Assembly: GCA_950097015.1 (NCBI GenBank)
Contig: CATNEN010000001.1
Span: forward strand, 62,001-126,000
Length of the DNA: 64,000 nt
Source of the DNA: Macrostomum hystrix
Taxonomy: Eukaryota > Animalia > Platyhelminthes
Reading direction: 5' to 3'
Position 1 is the stretch's first letter. Each line of letters opens with the position of its first letter. A program made the translations under genes and the position numbers. The notes below the pieces were generated by a model. The model ran no database searches, had not been told where the DNA came from, and saw nothing but the letters and a program-made list of their open reading frames with translations. This document shows, piece after piece, positions 1 through 12,314 of this stretch.

Positions 1-3000
1 GCCGCATTCAATACAGCCAATCCTGCAGTGTTTCTCTGGCTCATTTCCACCGTCGAGGACAAGAATCTGTTTTTCGGTCACGATGATGACGGCTACAGTG
101 CTGTTAGCCTCGCATTTGAGAAGCAGAATTTGGACACACTCAAACAAGTGACTGAGAAGCTTGGTCTGGCGGAGTGCCTGGCGGCAAAAACTGCCAAAAA
201 TCAAAATATTTGCCTTCTAGCCGCATTCAATACAGCCAATCCTGCAGTGTTTCTCTGGCTCATTTCCATCGTCGAGGACAAGAATCTGTTTTTCGGTCAC
301 GATGATGACGGCTACAGTGCTGTTAGCACTGCATTTTTTAAGCAGAATTTGGACACACTCAAACGAGTGACTGAGAAGCTTGGTCTGGCGGAGTGCCTGG
401 CGGCAAAAACTGCCAAAAATGAAAATATTTGCAAAAGAGCCGCATTCAATACAGCCAATCCTGCAGTGTTTCTCTGGCTCATTTCTATCGTCGTGGACAA
501 GAATCAGTTTTTCGTTCAAGACGATGACGGCGAAAGTGCTGTTAGCATCGCATTTAATCTTCAGAATTTGGACACACTCAAACGAGTGACTGAGAAGCTT
601 GGTCTGGCGGAGTGCCTGGCGGCAAAAACTGCCAAAAATCAAAATATTTGCCTTCGAGCCGCATTCAATTCAGCCAATCCTGCAGTGTTTCTCTGGCTCA
701 TTTCCACCGTCGAGGACAAGAATCTGTTTTTCGGTCACGATGATGACGGCGAAAGTGCTGTTAGCCTCGCATTTGAGAAGCAGAATTTGGACACACTCAA
801 ACAAGTGACTGAGAAGCTTGGTCTGGCGGAGTGCCTGGCGGCAAAAACTGCCAAAAATGAAAATATTTGCCTTCGAGCCGCATTCAATACAGCCAATCCT
901 GCAGTGTTTCTCTGGCTCATTTCCACCGTCGAGGACAAGAATCTGTTTTTCGGTCACGATGATGACGGCTACAGTGCTGTTAGCCTCGCATTTGAGAAGC
1001 AGAATTTGGACACACTCAAACAAGTGACTGAGAAGCTTGGTCTGGCGGAGTGCCTGGCGGCAAAAACTGCCAAAAATCAAAATATTTGCCTTCTAGCCGC
1101 ATTCAATACAGCCAATCCTGCAGTGTTTCTCTGGCTCATTTCCATCGTCGAGGACAAGAATCTGTTTTTCGGTCACGATGATGACGGCTACAGTGCTGTT
1201 AGCACTGCATTTTTTAAGCAGAATTTGGACACACTCAAACGAGTGACTGAGAAGCTTGGTCTGGCGGAGTGCCTGGCGGCAAAAACTGCCAAAAATGAAA
1301 ATATTTGCAAAAGAGCCGCATTCAATACAGCCAATCCTGCAGTGTTTCTCTGGCTCATTTCTATCGTCGTGGACAAGAATCAGTTTTTCGTTCAAGACGA
1401 TGACGGCGAAAGTGCTGTTAGCATCGCATTTAATCTTCAGAATTTGGACACACTCAAACGAGTGACTGAGAAGCTTGGTCTGGCGGAGTGCCTGGCGGCA
1501 AAAACTGCCAAAAATCAAAATATTTGCCTTCGAGCCGCATTCAATTCAGCCAATCCTGCAGTGTTTCTCTGGCTCATTTCCACCGTCGAGGACAAGAATC
1601 TGTTTTTCGGTCACGATGATGACGGCGAAAGTGCTGTTAGCCTCGCATTTGAGAAGCAGAATTTGGACACACTCAAACAAGTGACTGAGAAGCTTGGTCT
1701 GGCGGAGTGCCTGGCGGCAAAAACTGCCAAAAATGAAAATATTTGCCTTCTAGCCGCATTCAATACAGCCAATCCTGCAGTGTTTCTCTGGCTCATTTCC
1801 ATCGTCGAGGACAAGAATCTGTTTTTCGGTCACGATGATGACGGCTACAGTGCTGTTAGCACTGCATTTTTTAAGCAGAATTTGGACACACTCAAACGAG
1901 TGACTGAGAAGCTTGGTCTGGCGGAGTGCCTGGCGGCAAAAACTGCCAAAAATCAAAATATTTGCCTTCGAGCCGCATTCAATTCAGCCAATCCTGCAGT
2001 GTTTCTCTGGCTCATTTCCATCGTCGAGGACAAGAATCTGTTTTTCGGTCACGATGATGACGGCTACAGTGCTGTTAGCATCGCATTTATGGAGCAGAAC
2101 TTGGACACACTCAAACAAGTGACTGAGAAGCTTGGTCTGGCGGAGTGCCTGGCGGCAAAAACTGCCAAAAATCAAAATATTTGCCTTCGAGCCGCATTCA
2201 ATACAGCCAATCCTGCAGTGTTTCTCTGGCTCATTTCCACCGTCGAGGACAAGAATCTGTTTTTCGGTCACGATGATGACGGCTACAGTGCTGTTAGCCT
2301 CGCATTTGAGAAGCAGAATTTGGACACACTCAAACAAGTGACTGAGAAGCTTGGTCTGGCGGAGTGCCTGGCGGCAAAAACTGCCAAAAATCAAAATATT
2401 TGCCTTCTAGCCGCATTCAATACAGCCAATCCTGCAGTGTTTCTCTGGCTCATTTCCATCGTCGAGGACAAGAATCTGTTTTTCGGTCACGATGATGACG
2501 GCTACAGTGCTGTTAGCACTGCATTTTTTAAGCAGAATTTGGACACACTCAAACGAGTGACTGAGAAGCTTGGTCTGGCGGAGTGCCTGGCGGCAAAAAC
2601 TGCCAAAAATCAAAATATTTGCCTTCGAGCCGCATTCAATTCAGCCAATCCTGCAGTGTTTCTCTGGCTCATTTCCATCGTCGAGGACAAGAATCTGTTT
2701 TTCGGTCACGATGATGACGGCTACAGTGCTGTTAGCCTCGCATTTGAGAAGCAGAATTTGGACACACTCAAACAAGTGACTGAGAAGCTTGGTCTGGCGG
2801 AGTGCCTGGCGGCAAAAACTGCCAAAAATCAAAATATTTGCCTTCTAGCCGCATTCAATACAGCCAATCCTGCAGTGTTTCTCTGGCTCATTTCCACCGT
2901 CGAGGACAAGAATCTGTTTTTCGGTCACGATGATGACGGCTACAGTGCTGTTAGCCTCGCATTTGAGAAGCAGAATTTGGACACACTCAAACAAGTGACT

Positions 3001-5946
3001 GAGAAGCTTGGTCTGGCGGAGTGCCTGGCGGCAAAAACTGCCAAAAATGAAAATATTTGCCTTCTAGCCGCATTCAATACAGCCAATCCTGCAGTGTTTC
3101 TCTGGCTCATTTCCATCGTCGAGGACAAGAAACTCTTCTTTGAAAAGGATGATGATGGAGCTGCTGCTGTATCCTTTGCCTTTTATCGCCAAGGGTTGGT
3201 CACAGTGAAGCTTTTGACAGACCGTTTTGGACTCAGCGAGTGTTTGAGTTGCATTGACAATCTAAATCGGGATTTGTTTTCTTTTTCCTCACTTAACAGC
3301 GTGAACCCGGGAGTATTTAGCTGGCTTCTAGAGCAGGTCTCCCAGCAATGTCCAGACAAGAAGTCCAGAATCTTCGAGTTGGATTCCAACGGCAACACTC
3401 TGCTTCATGCACTGTATAGGAAGGTCGATTTGTTCGGCGATGTTGATGCGCTTGCAGTGCTGATCGGCCGCATCGACTTTCTTTTTGAAAATGAAGTTGA
3501 TCCAAGAAAAGAAAACAAATTCAGACTCAACTGTCTGCTTGCCGCTGAATCCAGTGCTGACAATCTCAATCGCCTTTTGCGAGCTCTTCAAAGATCAGCG
3601 CATTTGGAAATCTTCAGAAATCTGCAAAGAAACTCGGAGGGCCTTCATGCAGCTCATGTCTTCTGCACTCGCTACGATCTCCGAGTTATCGAGAACGATT
3701 TGAGCAAGCTGTGCGGTCTCAGTCCTGACGAGCTCCTTGCAGTCCGAGTTTCTGACGGACCGCTGAAGGACGCGACTTGTCTGCACTTTGCCTGCGAATC
3801 CGGTCACAAGTTGAACATCGAATACCTTCTAAAGAAAGGACGGAAGCTGGAAGATGAGACAGACGCCGGGCAGACGAGTGTCGACTTTGCCTGCAACAAG
3901 GCGAAGCTCGAGGATGTTTTGGATGTTGCAGAGAAGTCAGTTGGTCTCGGAAAACTGCTCAAGCTGGTTGATCCAACGAAGCGAGCTCTGAACCTTCCAG
4001 ACGTTCAGAGCGCCCGAGGTCACCTGACTCGATTCAACGACTCATCGCTGAAGGCCAGCATTGAGGATGATAAATCCAGACGACAGACGAGAGGCAAGGA
4101 AGCCGGTGAGATGAAAAACGAGAGTCTGCAGGCCGGACACGGAGCTGACAGCATTTCAAAGTCCGAGGATTCGCCAGAAGTGAAAATGCTGTTCAGAGCA
4201 TTCGAGCTCGACTCAAGTGAGATGCTCCGCAGCTTGATCAGTTTGGGCTTCGCCATCGATGAGATCGATGACCAGTTCTCCAGGCATGTCTCAAAGCAGA
4301 TTGGCAATGGGCGGGAAAGCAGTAAGTCTCCTACAATAGCCAAGCTTCAAAAGTACTTCTCCTCAGAAGGAAGAGATTCTGAAGCTCTCATGCTGATGGA
4401 GTACGCAGTGCTGCTCGAGAAGCCGAAGCTGCTCAATGACCTGATGCTGCTGCCACAGTTTGACATCATCCCACAGACTTTGAGGCTGCTCGTTTATCTC
4501 AAGCCCAGAGTGAAGTCGAGCAATGTTGAGAATCTGAAAAAAGTGCAAGCTCTAGCCTTGAACATTGTCGTCAATGTTCTGGAGCACCTCTACGTGAATG
4601 CTGATGAAGAAGAGCGGAATCTTGTTTTCGCCTACCTGAGTGGCTCATTTATGGTGTCAGACGGGCATCCTCAGGTTCGAGGTCCGAGGTTCCCGCCACC
4701 ATTGGATTATCTTACCAGAAAAATTTCAAACGATAAAACTGATCACGAAAAAGTGAGCAAAGATGCGAAGAAACCAAAAAAGCCATCAGAAAAGAAGTCT
4801 GCAGCTGCAGTGATGTCAGTGATGGAGCTGGTGCAGACCCTGGACTGTGACGATTTGTTTGCCACTGACTGCATCAGCCAGTTGGTGGATCGGCAGTGGA
4901 ACGAGGCTCCACCGCTGCCCTGGAGCAGTCCTGCACGCTGCTGCTCATGCAACATACCGCAAAAGGTGACAATTCAACAGCGGTTCATCATCCACTCTGT
5001 CTTTTTCCTGGTCTTTCTGCTCTACTTTGCCTGGTACGTGACGGATTTCAGTCGGACAAAGCAGTTTCCGATTCTAGACGTCGTCCTGTTGGCCTACGCG
5101 CTGTCCTTCACTCTGCAGGAAGTCAACGACTTGCTGAACAAGCTGTCTATGAAGGACATACGAATTTTCAGAAGCCACTTGAGATGTCCTCGCTACTTCA
5201 CCGACTTCTTCAACTACTTTGACATGCTCGGCCTGCTGCTGATGTGGGCGGGGCTGGTCCTGAAGCTGCTTGGCCGGCTGAGCGACCCCAGCCTCATGCG
5301 CAGCTCTCAGGTCGTCCTCAGCGTCTCGTTCCTGTTCCTGGGATTCCGCTCCGTGGCCCTGCTCAGCTACTTCAAGGTCACTGGGCCGAACATCAATATG
5401 CTGAAGAGCTTGCTGTTCAAAGACCTGCTGCCATTCTTGATCATCATGCTGGTTCTGATCTTCTCATTTGGCATTTTCTTCTTCAACCTGCTGTTCCCGG
5501 CCTTCTCAGACCTGACAGACGTCCTGGCTCTCGTGAAGATTTTCACAACGCCCGTGTCGCTGGCCTTAAGCATCTTTGAGTTCTCGTTTTTCGAGTCGTG
5601 CAACTCCAGCAGTTTCGCGACCGGACAGACCTGTGCGGACAGTGGAGGCAACCAGGTGTACAGCCTATTCCTGATGTTCGTGTACGTCTTGCTGGTGAAC
5701 ATTGTGATGTTCAACCTGCTGATCGCACTGTTCAACCGCACCGTGACAGCGATGGCCAGCAGGGCGGAGGTTCTGTGGCGCAAGAATCTGTTCGAGCTGC
5801 TGGAGGAGTTCGCAGAGGTCAGTCCGGTTCCGCCGCCGCTGTCGTTCCCGCTCTACGCCTGGAAACTGCTGCGGAGGTGCCGCCCTTCGCACTGCCGACC
5901 CTGCGCTGGCAAAGTCGGTCCTTCTGACGGCTCTGAGAGAAGCAAG
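1..5946 (+). CDS. Ankyrin-array TRP-superfamily (TRPM-like) cation channel, paralog A, giant coding exon (5'-partial; continues left of window)
   Basis: Frame is open from base 1. It contains 14 near-identical 73-aa double-ankyrin units, then degenerate ankyrins (NGNTLLHAL, DATCLHFACESGH, GQTSVDFAC), a pre-S1 motif CISQLVDRQW, six hydrophobic segments, YFTDFFNYFD, S6 VNIVMFNLLIALFNRT, and a TRP-domain-like LWRKNLFELLEEF..SPVPPP. The exon ends at a phase-0 donor AAG|GTAAGA (5946/5947). Confidence 0.9.
19..3303 (+). repeat. Coding tandem repeat, 219-bp unit (two ankyrin repeats): 14 near-identical units plus one diverged capping unit (3085-3303)
   Basis: The AATCCTGCAGTG (NPAV) marker recurs every 219 bp from 19 to 3085. 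The unit fits the ankyrin consensus twice (DDDGYSAVSLAFEKQNLDTLK and TAKNQNICLLAAFNTANPAVFLWL). Confidence 0.95.
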
Positions 5947-6351
5947 GTAAGAGGCCTGGTGGACTGAGGGACTGACTCTGTTACTCACAGATGATAAATG
6001 GTCTGAATATATAGCCCTTAGATTCAGTCAGACAATGACCGAATCCAATTTTCAATTGCAAGAACTGATTGTGTGTACATGAATGCAAATGGCTTTGTAG
6101 CAAAGACATGCTCAGATTATAGTAAGCTGGGGCTGGTCATGAAACTCTTGAGGACTGATTAACAGTAGAAGCAAGGTGAGAGGCCTGGTGAGCGCAGGTG
6201 AACTGAGGGGCTGACTATGTTTACTCATATAGGCACTAGATTGAGTCAGACGATGACCGAATCCAATTTGAATGGAAATAACTGGTTGTGTGCACATGAT
6301 TGCAAATAAGCTCATGTTTCAAGGCGCTCTTCCTCACGGCTTCCGTTCCAG
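5947..6351 (+). other. GT-AG intron of paralog A (405 bp)
   Basis: GTAAGA donor and pyrimidine-rich ...TTCCAG acceptor; same length and position as the intron in paralog B (offset 24633). Confidence 0.8.
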
Positions 6352-6636
6352 CCGTGGTGGACGAACCGGAGCGACTTCAGCGGCTACCCCGAAGACTTCA
6401 AGCGCTTCCTGATCTTCCAGGCCGAGCAGCTCCGGCAGCAGCGGCCACGGCTGCAGCGGGCGGTCGAGCGGCACAAGGGGGACGTCGATGTGCTGAAGGC
6501 GCACGTGGAGAACCAGGTCAAGGACCTGCGGGAGGAACTGCGGAATGAGATGAAAGAAAACTTCGAGAACCTGCAGCAGCAAATGTCGCAGGTGATGAGC
6601 ATTCTGCAGCAACTGCAGCAGCAGCGTCAGCAGTGA
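6352..6636 (+). CDS. Paralog A terminal coding exon (94 aa, C-terminal coiled coil)
   Basis: Acceptor ttccgttccag|CCG at 6351/6352. In frame with the upstream exon: PWWTNRSDFSGYPEDFKRFLIFQAEQLRQQRPRLQRAVERHKGDVDVLKAHVENQVKDLREELRNEMKENFENLQQQMSQVMSILQQLQQQRQQ*. GC-rich coding-type codons, and the exon is conserved in paralog B. Confidence 0.82.
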   Translation, partial: PWWTNRSDFSGYPEDFKRFLIFQAEQLRQQRPRLQRAVERHKGDVDVLKAHVENQVKDLREELRNEMKENFENLQQQMSQVMSILQQLQQQRQQ

Positions 6637-7334
6637 CCATGCGACTTCAGCATGGTTTTCTCTTTACAAAGCATCCTTGACTGCTTTCAGTCCTCCAAAT
6701 CAATGCAGCGCGCCTTAAACAGGCAATTCTTCATTTGCTGGGCTCTTGTTTATCGCCTTAGATCTGTTTAAGAACTATTTCACCAACAGAAGATTTTCAA
6801 TATGCAACTTTTAATTCATCGAGATTTCGCTACCACTGTTTTAACTGACAATTAATTACAATTACAATCATACTTAATTTAACTCAATTTAATTTAAAAT
6901 AGAAGTTCGTGGAAGATAACTACTTGTACGAGCCGTATATCAAAAAACTATATTTGCTTGCTTTTTACTCGATTTGTTCGATGGTATTTTAAACTATTCC
7001 ATTTTTCGAACTTTTTTGAGGTACCTCTGTGCGTTGAATTTAAAATTCAGAAACTGCCTTCAACATTGACAATGCTTTTGTGCCATCACGCTTCACTTTC
7101 TATAATTTTCTAGAGTCTTGAAATGCTTGCAGAATTTCTTGTGCTCACTGGCACCTCAGTGTGCTCAAGCCCCACTCTGAGCTCGTGTCCGCTTTTACTT
7201 GAGTACTTAACAAGCTTTCGTATATTTTCTGGTACTTTTTGGTGATGACAAAGAAACATTTGCTTGCTGGTGAAATTTACAGCTTCTCAAACTCGGGCAG
7301 ATTGAGCACTGATTGACACTTTGATCGAGTAATG

Positions 7335-7917
7335 AGTCTAGAATCCGCTGTGTGAGCAGTCTAGACTCCCATGTGTGAGCAGTCTAGAATCCCCTGTGCA
7401 AAGCAGTCTAGAATCCCCTGTGCAAAGCACTCTAGAATCCCCTGTGCAAAGCAGTCTAGAATCCCCTGTGTGAGCAGTCTAGAATCCCCTGTGCAAAGCA
7501 GTCTAGAATCCCCTGTGCAAAGCAGTCTAGAATCCCCTGGGTGAGCAGTCTAGAATCCCCTGTGCAAAGCAGTCTAGAATCCCCTGTGCAAAGCAGTCTA
7601 GAATCCCCTGTGCAAAGCAGTCCAGAATCCCCTGAGCAAAGCAGTCTAGAATCCCCTGAGCAAAGCAGTCTAGAATCCCCTGTGCAAAGCAGTCTAGAAT
7701 CCCCTGAGCAAAGCAGTCTAGAATCCCCTGTGCAAAGCAGTCTAGAATCCCCTGTGCAAAGCAGTCTAGAATCCCCTGTGCAAAGCAGTCTAGAATCCCC
7801 TGTGCAAAGCAGTCTAGAATCCCCTGTGCAAAGCAGTCTAGAATCCGCTATGTGAGCAGTCTAGAATCCCCTGTGCAAAGCAGTCTAGAATCCCCTGTGG
7901 AAAGCAGTCCAGAATCC
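7335..7917. repeat. Minisatellite, 24/23-bp unit GCAAAGCAGTCTAGAATCCCCTGT
   Basis: Direct inspection, about 24 copies. Confidence 0.95.
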
Positions 7918-8128
7918 ATAAATTCAGTTTTTAGAAATTTATTAAGTATTCTTCGCTTTTAAAATTTTCAAAGAGCCAAAAACAAGCACTTTCCTTTAGA
8001 TATAGACCTTTGACTTGGTTTTGTTTTTTTTAATTTATTTCGGTTGTTCTTTTCTTAACTGCTCCTATTGTGCACACCTTTTTAAGAACTAACAAGATTA
8101 CATGCTTATCGTTTAATCTATCTTTACT

Positions 8129-8932
8129 TACATGTTTATCTTGTGTTTACAGCCCTAGCTGACATGTTTATCTTGTGTTTACAGACCTAGCTCACATGTT
8201 TATCTTGTGTTTACAGTCCTAGCTCACATGTTTATCTTGTGTTTACAGACCCAGCTCACATGTTTATCCTGTGTTTACAGCCCTAGCTCACATGTTTATC
8301 CTGTGTTTACAGCCCTAGCTCACATGTTTATCTTGTGTTTACAGTCCTAGCTCACATGTTTATCTTGTGTTTACAGCCCTAGCTCACATGTTTATCCTGT
8401 GTTTACAGCCCTAGCTCACATGTTTATCTTGTGTTTACAGCCATAGCTCACATGTTTATCTTGTGTTTACAGCCCTAGCTCACATGTTTATTTTGAGTTT
8501 ACAGCCCCAGCTCACATTCTTATCTTGTGTTTACAGCCCTAGCTCACATGCTTATCTTGTGTTTACAGCCCCAGCTCACATTTTTATCTTGTATTTACAG
8601 CCCTAGCTCACATGTTTATCTTGTGTTTACAGTCCTAGCTCACATGTTTATCTTGTGTTTACAGACCCAGCTCACATGTTTATCTTGTGTTTACAGCCCT
8701 AGCTCACATGTTTATCTTGTGTTTACAGCCCTAGCTCACATGTTTATCTTGTGTTTACAGCCCTAGCTCACATGTTTATCTTGTGTTTAAAGCCCTAGCT
8801 CACTTGTTTATCTTGTGTTTACAGCCCTAGCTCACATGTTAATCTTGTGTTTACAGCCCTAGCTCACATGTTTATCTTGTGTTTACAGCCCCAGCTCACA
8901 TGGTTATCTTGTGTTTACGGCCCTAGCTCACT
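8129..8932. repeat. Minisatellite, 32-bp unit CACATGTTTATCTTGTGTTTACAGCCCTAGCT
   Basis: Direct inspection, about 25 copies. Confidence 0.95.
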
Positions 8933-9321
8933 CATTTCTAACACTAAATTGTTTTACAACAGTGTTCGGGTGTCTAATGGCATGAATGCTGCTTCACAAT
9001 GGTCCAGTGTACAATTTTGAGTTGTATTTGAGCAGTTTTAGTCATGAATTGATTAAAATATTCAAAATTATCTTGGCTGAATCTGATCTGACACATGAGT
9101 GAAGCAGCTGCTGTCATCCAATGAACCGAGTCCTGTTTCAAATCCCATGACTATTTTCTCCCGAGAAATGAATTATCCCAGACTAAAAGCTGATTGACAG
9201 GAGCAATCGATGTTTATCCCAGCCATTTGATCAAAATCAAAATAAATAATTTTGTTATAAAAGTCTCAGACTCGAACTCTGAGATTTATTGACACCTTCT
9301 GATTAGAAACCTAATGTCTCT

Positions 9322-9457
9322 GACTTGGCTGATGATTCACTCACTCAGTTGGCACAATGTCACAGGAGTGGCTCTTGGACTTGGCTGATGATTCACTCAC
9401 TCAGTTGGCACAATGTCACAGGTGTGGCTCTTGGACTTGGCAGTTGATTCACTCACT
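9322..9457. repeat. 56-bp tandem repeat (about 2.4 copies)
   Basis: GACTTGGCTGATGATTCACTCACTCAGTTGGCACAATGTCACAGG.GTGGCTCTTG recurs at 9322, 9378 and 9434. Confidence 0.85.
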
Positions 9458-9479
9458 AAGTGTTTGAGGTCTTGTGCTC

Positions 9480-9810
9480 GAGTCGCAGCAGGATCAAAGC
9501 TGGAATCGCAGCAGGATGTTAGCTGGAATCGCAGCAGGATCGAAGCTGGAATCGCAACAGGATCGAAGCTGGAATCGCAGCAGCATTGTAGCTGGAATCG
9601 CAGCAGGATCGAAGCTGGAAGCGCAGCAGGATCGAAGCTGGAATCGCAGCATAATGGTAGCTGGAATCGCAGCAGCACTGTAGCTGGAATCGCAGCAGCA
9701 TTGTAGCTGGAATCGCAGCAGCATTGTAGCTGGAATCGCAGCAGCATTGTAGCTGGAATCGCAGCATCATTGTAGCTGGAATCGCATCAGGATCGGAGCT
9801 GGAATCGCAT
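9480..9810. repeat. Minisatellite, about 23-bp unit AGCTGGAATCGCAGCAG(GATCGA/CATTGT); present only in duplication unit 1
   Basis: Direct inspection, about 14 copies of two sub-variants. Confidence 0.9.
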
Positions 9811-12291
9811 TACAAAAACTAATTTTGTCACAGAGGTCCTGAGTGAAACAGCGATGAAGCTTCGAAGTTCAAGCTGGTTGCAAAATATTTCATTTATTCT
9901 ACTCGGAGTAGTTTCGTAAGCCGAGTTACTTGAGCTTTTGAGTCCTAAACAAGAGGTCTGAAGTTCGAATCCAAAGCTTTTACCACAATCCTTCACATCT
10001 TGTTCTCTTTACTACTTCTAGTATTTCTGAGAGAGTTAAAGCCTTGTTCATTGCCAATTGCGTGTGTGGTGACAGTGGATCATTGGGTCAGTCAAAAGCT
10101 AGAGAATGAGTGTGAGAGATACAATTCAGACTACTGACAACAGTAGAAAAGCAAGGACTTGGCTGCAAAACTCTCACATAACACTAAAAAATATCGCCAT
10201 AGAAAATGACAAGCTTAAAAGAGACTTCTGTGCACACTGAGAGTGGTGGGAGAGGACGGCGTGTGGCTATGGCTGACTGACGAAGGCAAACAAGCCAGAA
10301 ACCGGTCTCGGTCTGCCAGCGCGAGGTTCGTTCCCCACTTTTAGTGTGTTACAGGCCGAATGCTAGCCGAAAGCGGTATCTACATTTCGAAGCGTTGCCA
10401 CCGCAGTGCCGAATTGCAAGCCTGTATGCATTGGCACTGGATGCTGACCAAATAAGAACACAATGAAAGGACAGAACAGAATAAAACAGGAGGCACTTAT
10501 CATTGAGCAGACATCAGACGAAAGCGAGCCCGAGAATAAACTGCTCAATAGTAAATTTATTAGCAGCAGAGCTCGAAATTATTTTATTTACAAATGACTA
10601 ATTAGTCGATAACAATAGCGAGTATTCGAAGATTTTGAAAAATAAAGTAGCTATATGTTTAACTGCGAAGCATAAGGAAATTATAGAAAACAGAGTGAAT
10701 AACATTAGCCTAATAAAAATATTAATCGACAAGTTTGAGGAATCGCCATGCACCTTTGGGAGGGCAACTGCTTTTCCATCTGGTATACCAGAGACGATTT
10801 GGCGGCAAGTAGTGTAAGTGCCTTATGTGTAGCAGGCGCGACTCACACGGATATTCATAAAGGTTGCAACGAAGAATATTAATTGTTCGTTATACCGCCA
10901 TGACAATCAACAGAATTTGCCCCTTCACGGCCTTCAGTTGCACCAATATAATGCGACTCAGGACGGTAATGACTTCTGAATCCTGTAGAAAACCGGCAAA
11001 TCTTAGTGATAATCCCCTCCACTGGAACATGTTTCCACTTGACACTCCTGCAGTAGGTTCAGACAACACCAGGATTTTCTTCAGCCAAAGCTAATTGCAC
11101 AATTACTGCATTGACAGGTTTACTGTCTTATTTAGCAGTAATTGCCAGCCGAAATGACTGACTAGCAAGACCGCCAATTCCATGATGTATAAACTAGTTC
11201 ATAAATAGAAAACTGGCTGAACTTTGACTTTTTGTCTTCAGGAAAGTAGAGTAGAGCACACTGCCTATTTTCAAATGCTAACTTTGAAAAGGATTGTAGA
11301 ACAAGTTGCTGAAATGAATAAAATATAAATGAGTGATAGCATACAGATAATTTGTTAGCTAAGCAATTGTTTTACCTAGCAAAAGTGGCTCTAATGCTAT
11401 AGTAGAATGCCTGCCGTAACGGCCACCGTAACGCTGCAACGGATAGAAGAGACGCTGATTGCGGGCCGACTACGCAATGGCTACAGAATAGAATAGAATG
11501 CGACATTATCAGTCGAGCCGCCTGCTATCCGCTTACTCATTTCCCATTGGGCAGCCGTTGATTAGCGCTAAATGCCCATTTGCACAGCAAAAACAAAATT
11601 AAAAAGCTTGTATCTCGTGTCAGTAAGCAACGATTTTTGCAAAAATGTTTATACAAAGATAAATCAGTTCTTTTGGAAGGGCCGAGCATATTTTATCTAC
11701 AGAAAAGCAAAACAGTTGCTGCTTCCGAGCCTAGCTCTCGCAGCTGTCTTTGTACCTCACAATACGAGTATGCCAACTGCAACAATAAGCCACAATGAGC
11801 ATAAGACTCAGAGACTAAAACTGTTTGCAGCCATAAAAATGGAGGCTGTCGAGGCTTTGAAATCTTTCGCCCAAGAAAAACTTTAGTCATAAAGGAAAGC
11901 CGAATCGAGCACAGACTCTTAATTGAGGCTCGAGTAGTGCTCTAGCTGCTCAGCCGTGTTCTCGAACTCAACTCGGGGTTTGGTGGGTCCTTTGTGTAGC
12001 CGCACAGATTCTCTCTTGTGTTGAGGCACAAGTTGAGTACAGGACTCATTCTTTTAAATGCTGAGTAGCCAAGAATGTATTTTACCTGGCATTGAAACTG
12101 ATGCAAATGGAGGCTGCGAATGGGGGATGGTCATTTTGTCTCCTACTCAAACTCAACTCAACTAGTAAGTCTACTCAGTGCAGCCATGCAGAAATATTTC
12201 TATATGAGCTCAGAAAGCATTGCAATAGAGGAGCCCTAAAAACTGATGCACACAGTCGCAATGCAGTGTGGCCTGCGATGCCCATCCTTCT

Positions 12292-12314
12292 GTTGCTAGG
12301 CAACAATAAACAAA
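12292..12314 (+). promoter_or_regulatory. RFX X-box (GTTGCTAGGCAAC) with adjacent forkhead-type site (ATAAACAA), module 1
   Basis: Matches the palindromic RFX consensus GTTGCY..RGCAAC; conserved at 37522-37544 and in module 2. Confidence 0.6.

Noticed and set aside
5947-5967. ORF-track C-terminus VRGLVD* (also 30580-30600) and GTG start at 28
   Set aside because: The C-terminus is read-through into the intron past a consensus donor, and the in-frame downstream exon supplies the coiled coil. The frame is open from base 1, so 28 is not the start.
217-5988. Short antisense and alternate-frame ORFs overlapping the channel genes
   Set aside because: Shadows of the repetitive or GC-rich main ORF.
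7541-7855. SSLESPVQ repeat ORF (also 32635-32853 and the EFLSKVV ORF at 34214-34708)
   Set aside because: 24-bp and 21-bp minisatellites; the frame is broken by length variants and is not conserved between duplicates.
10110-11900. Possible transposon remnant or small genes (ORFs of 60-104 aa, GC-rich patch at 11400-11590)
   Set aside because: No recognisable transposase or RT motifs, terminal repeats or TSDs. The ORFs are shared only because of the recent duplication, and one (11572-11886) is disrupted by an indel in unit 2.
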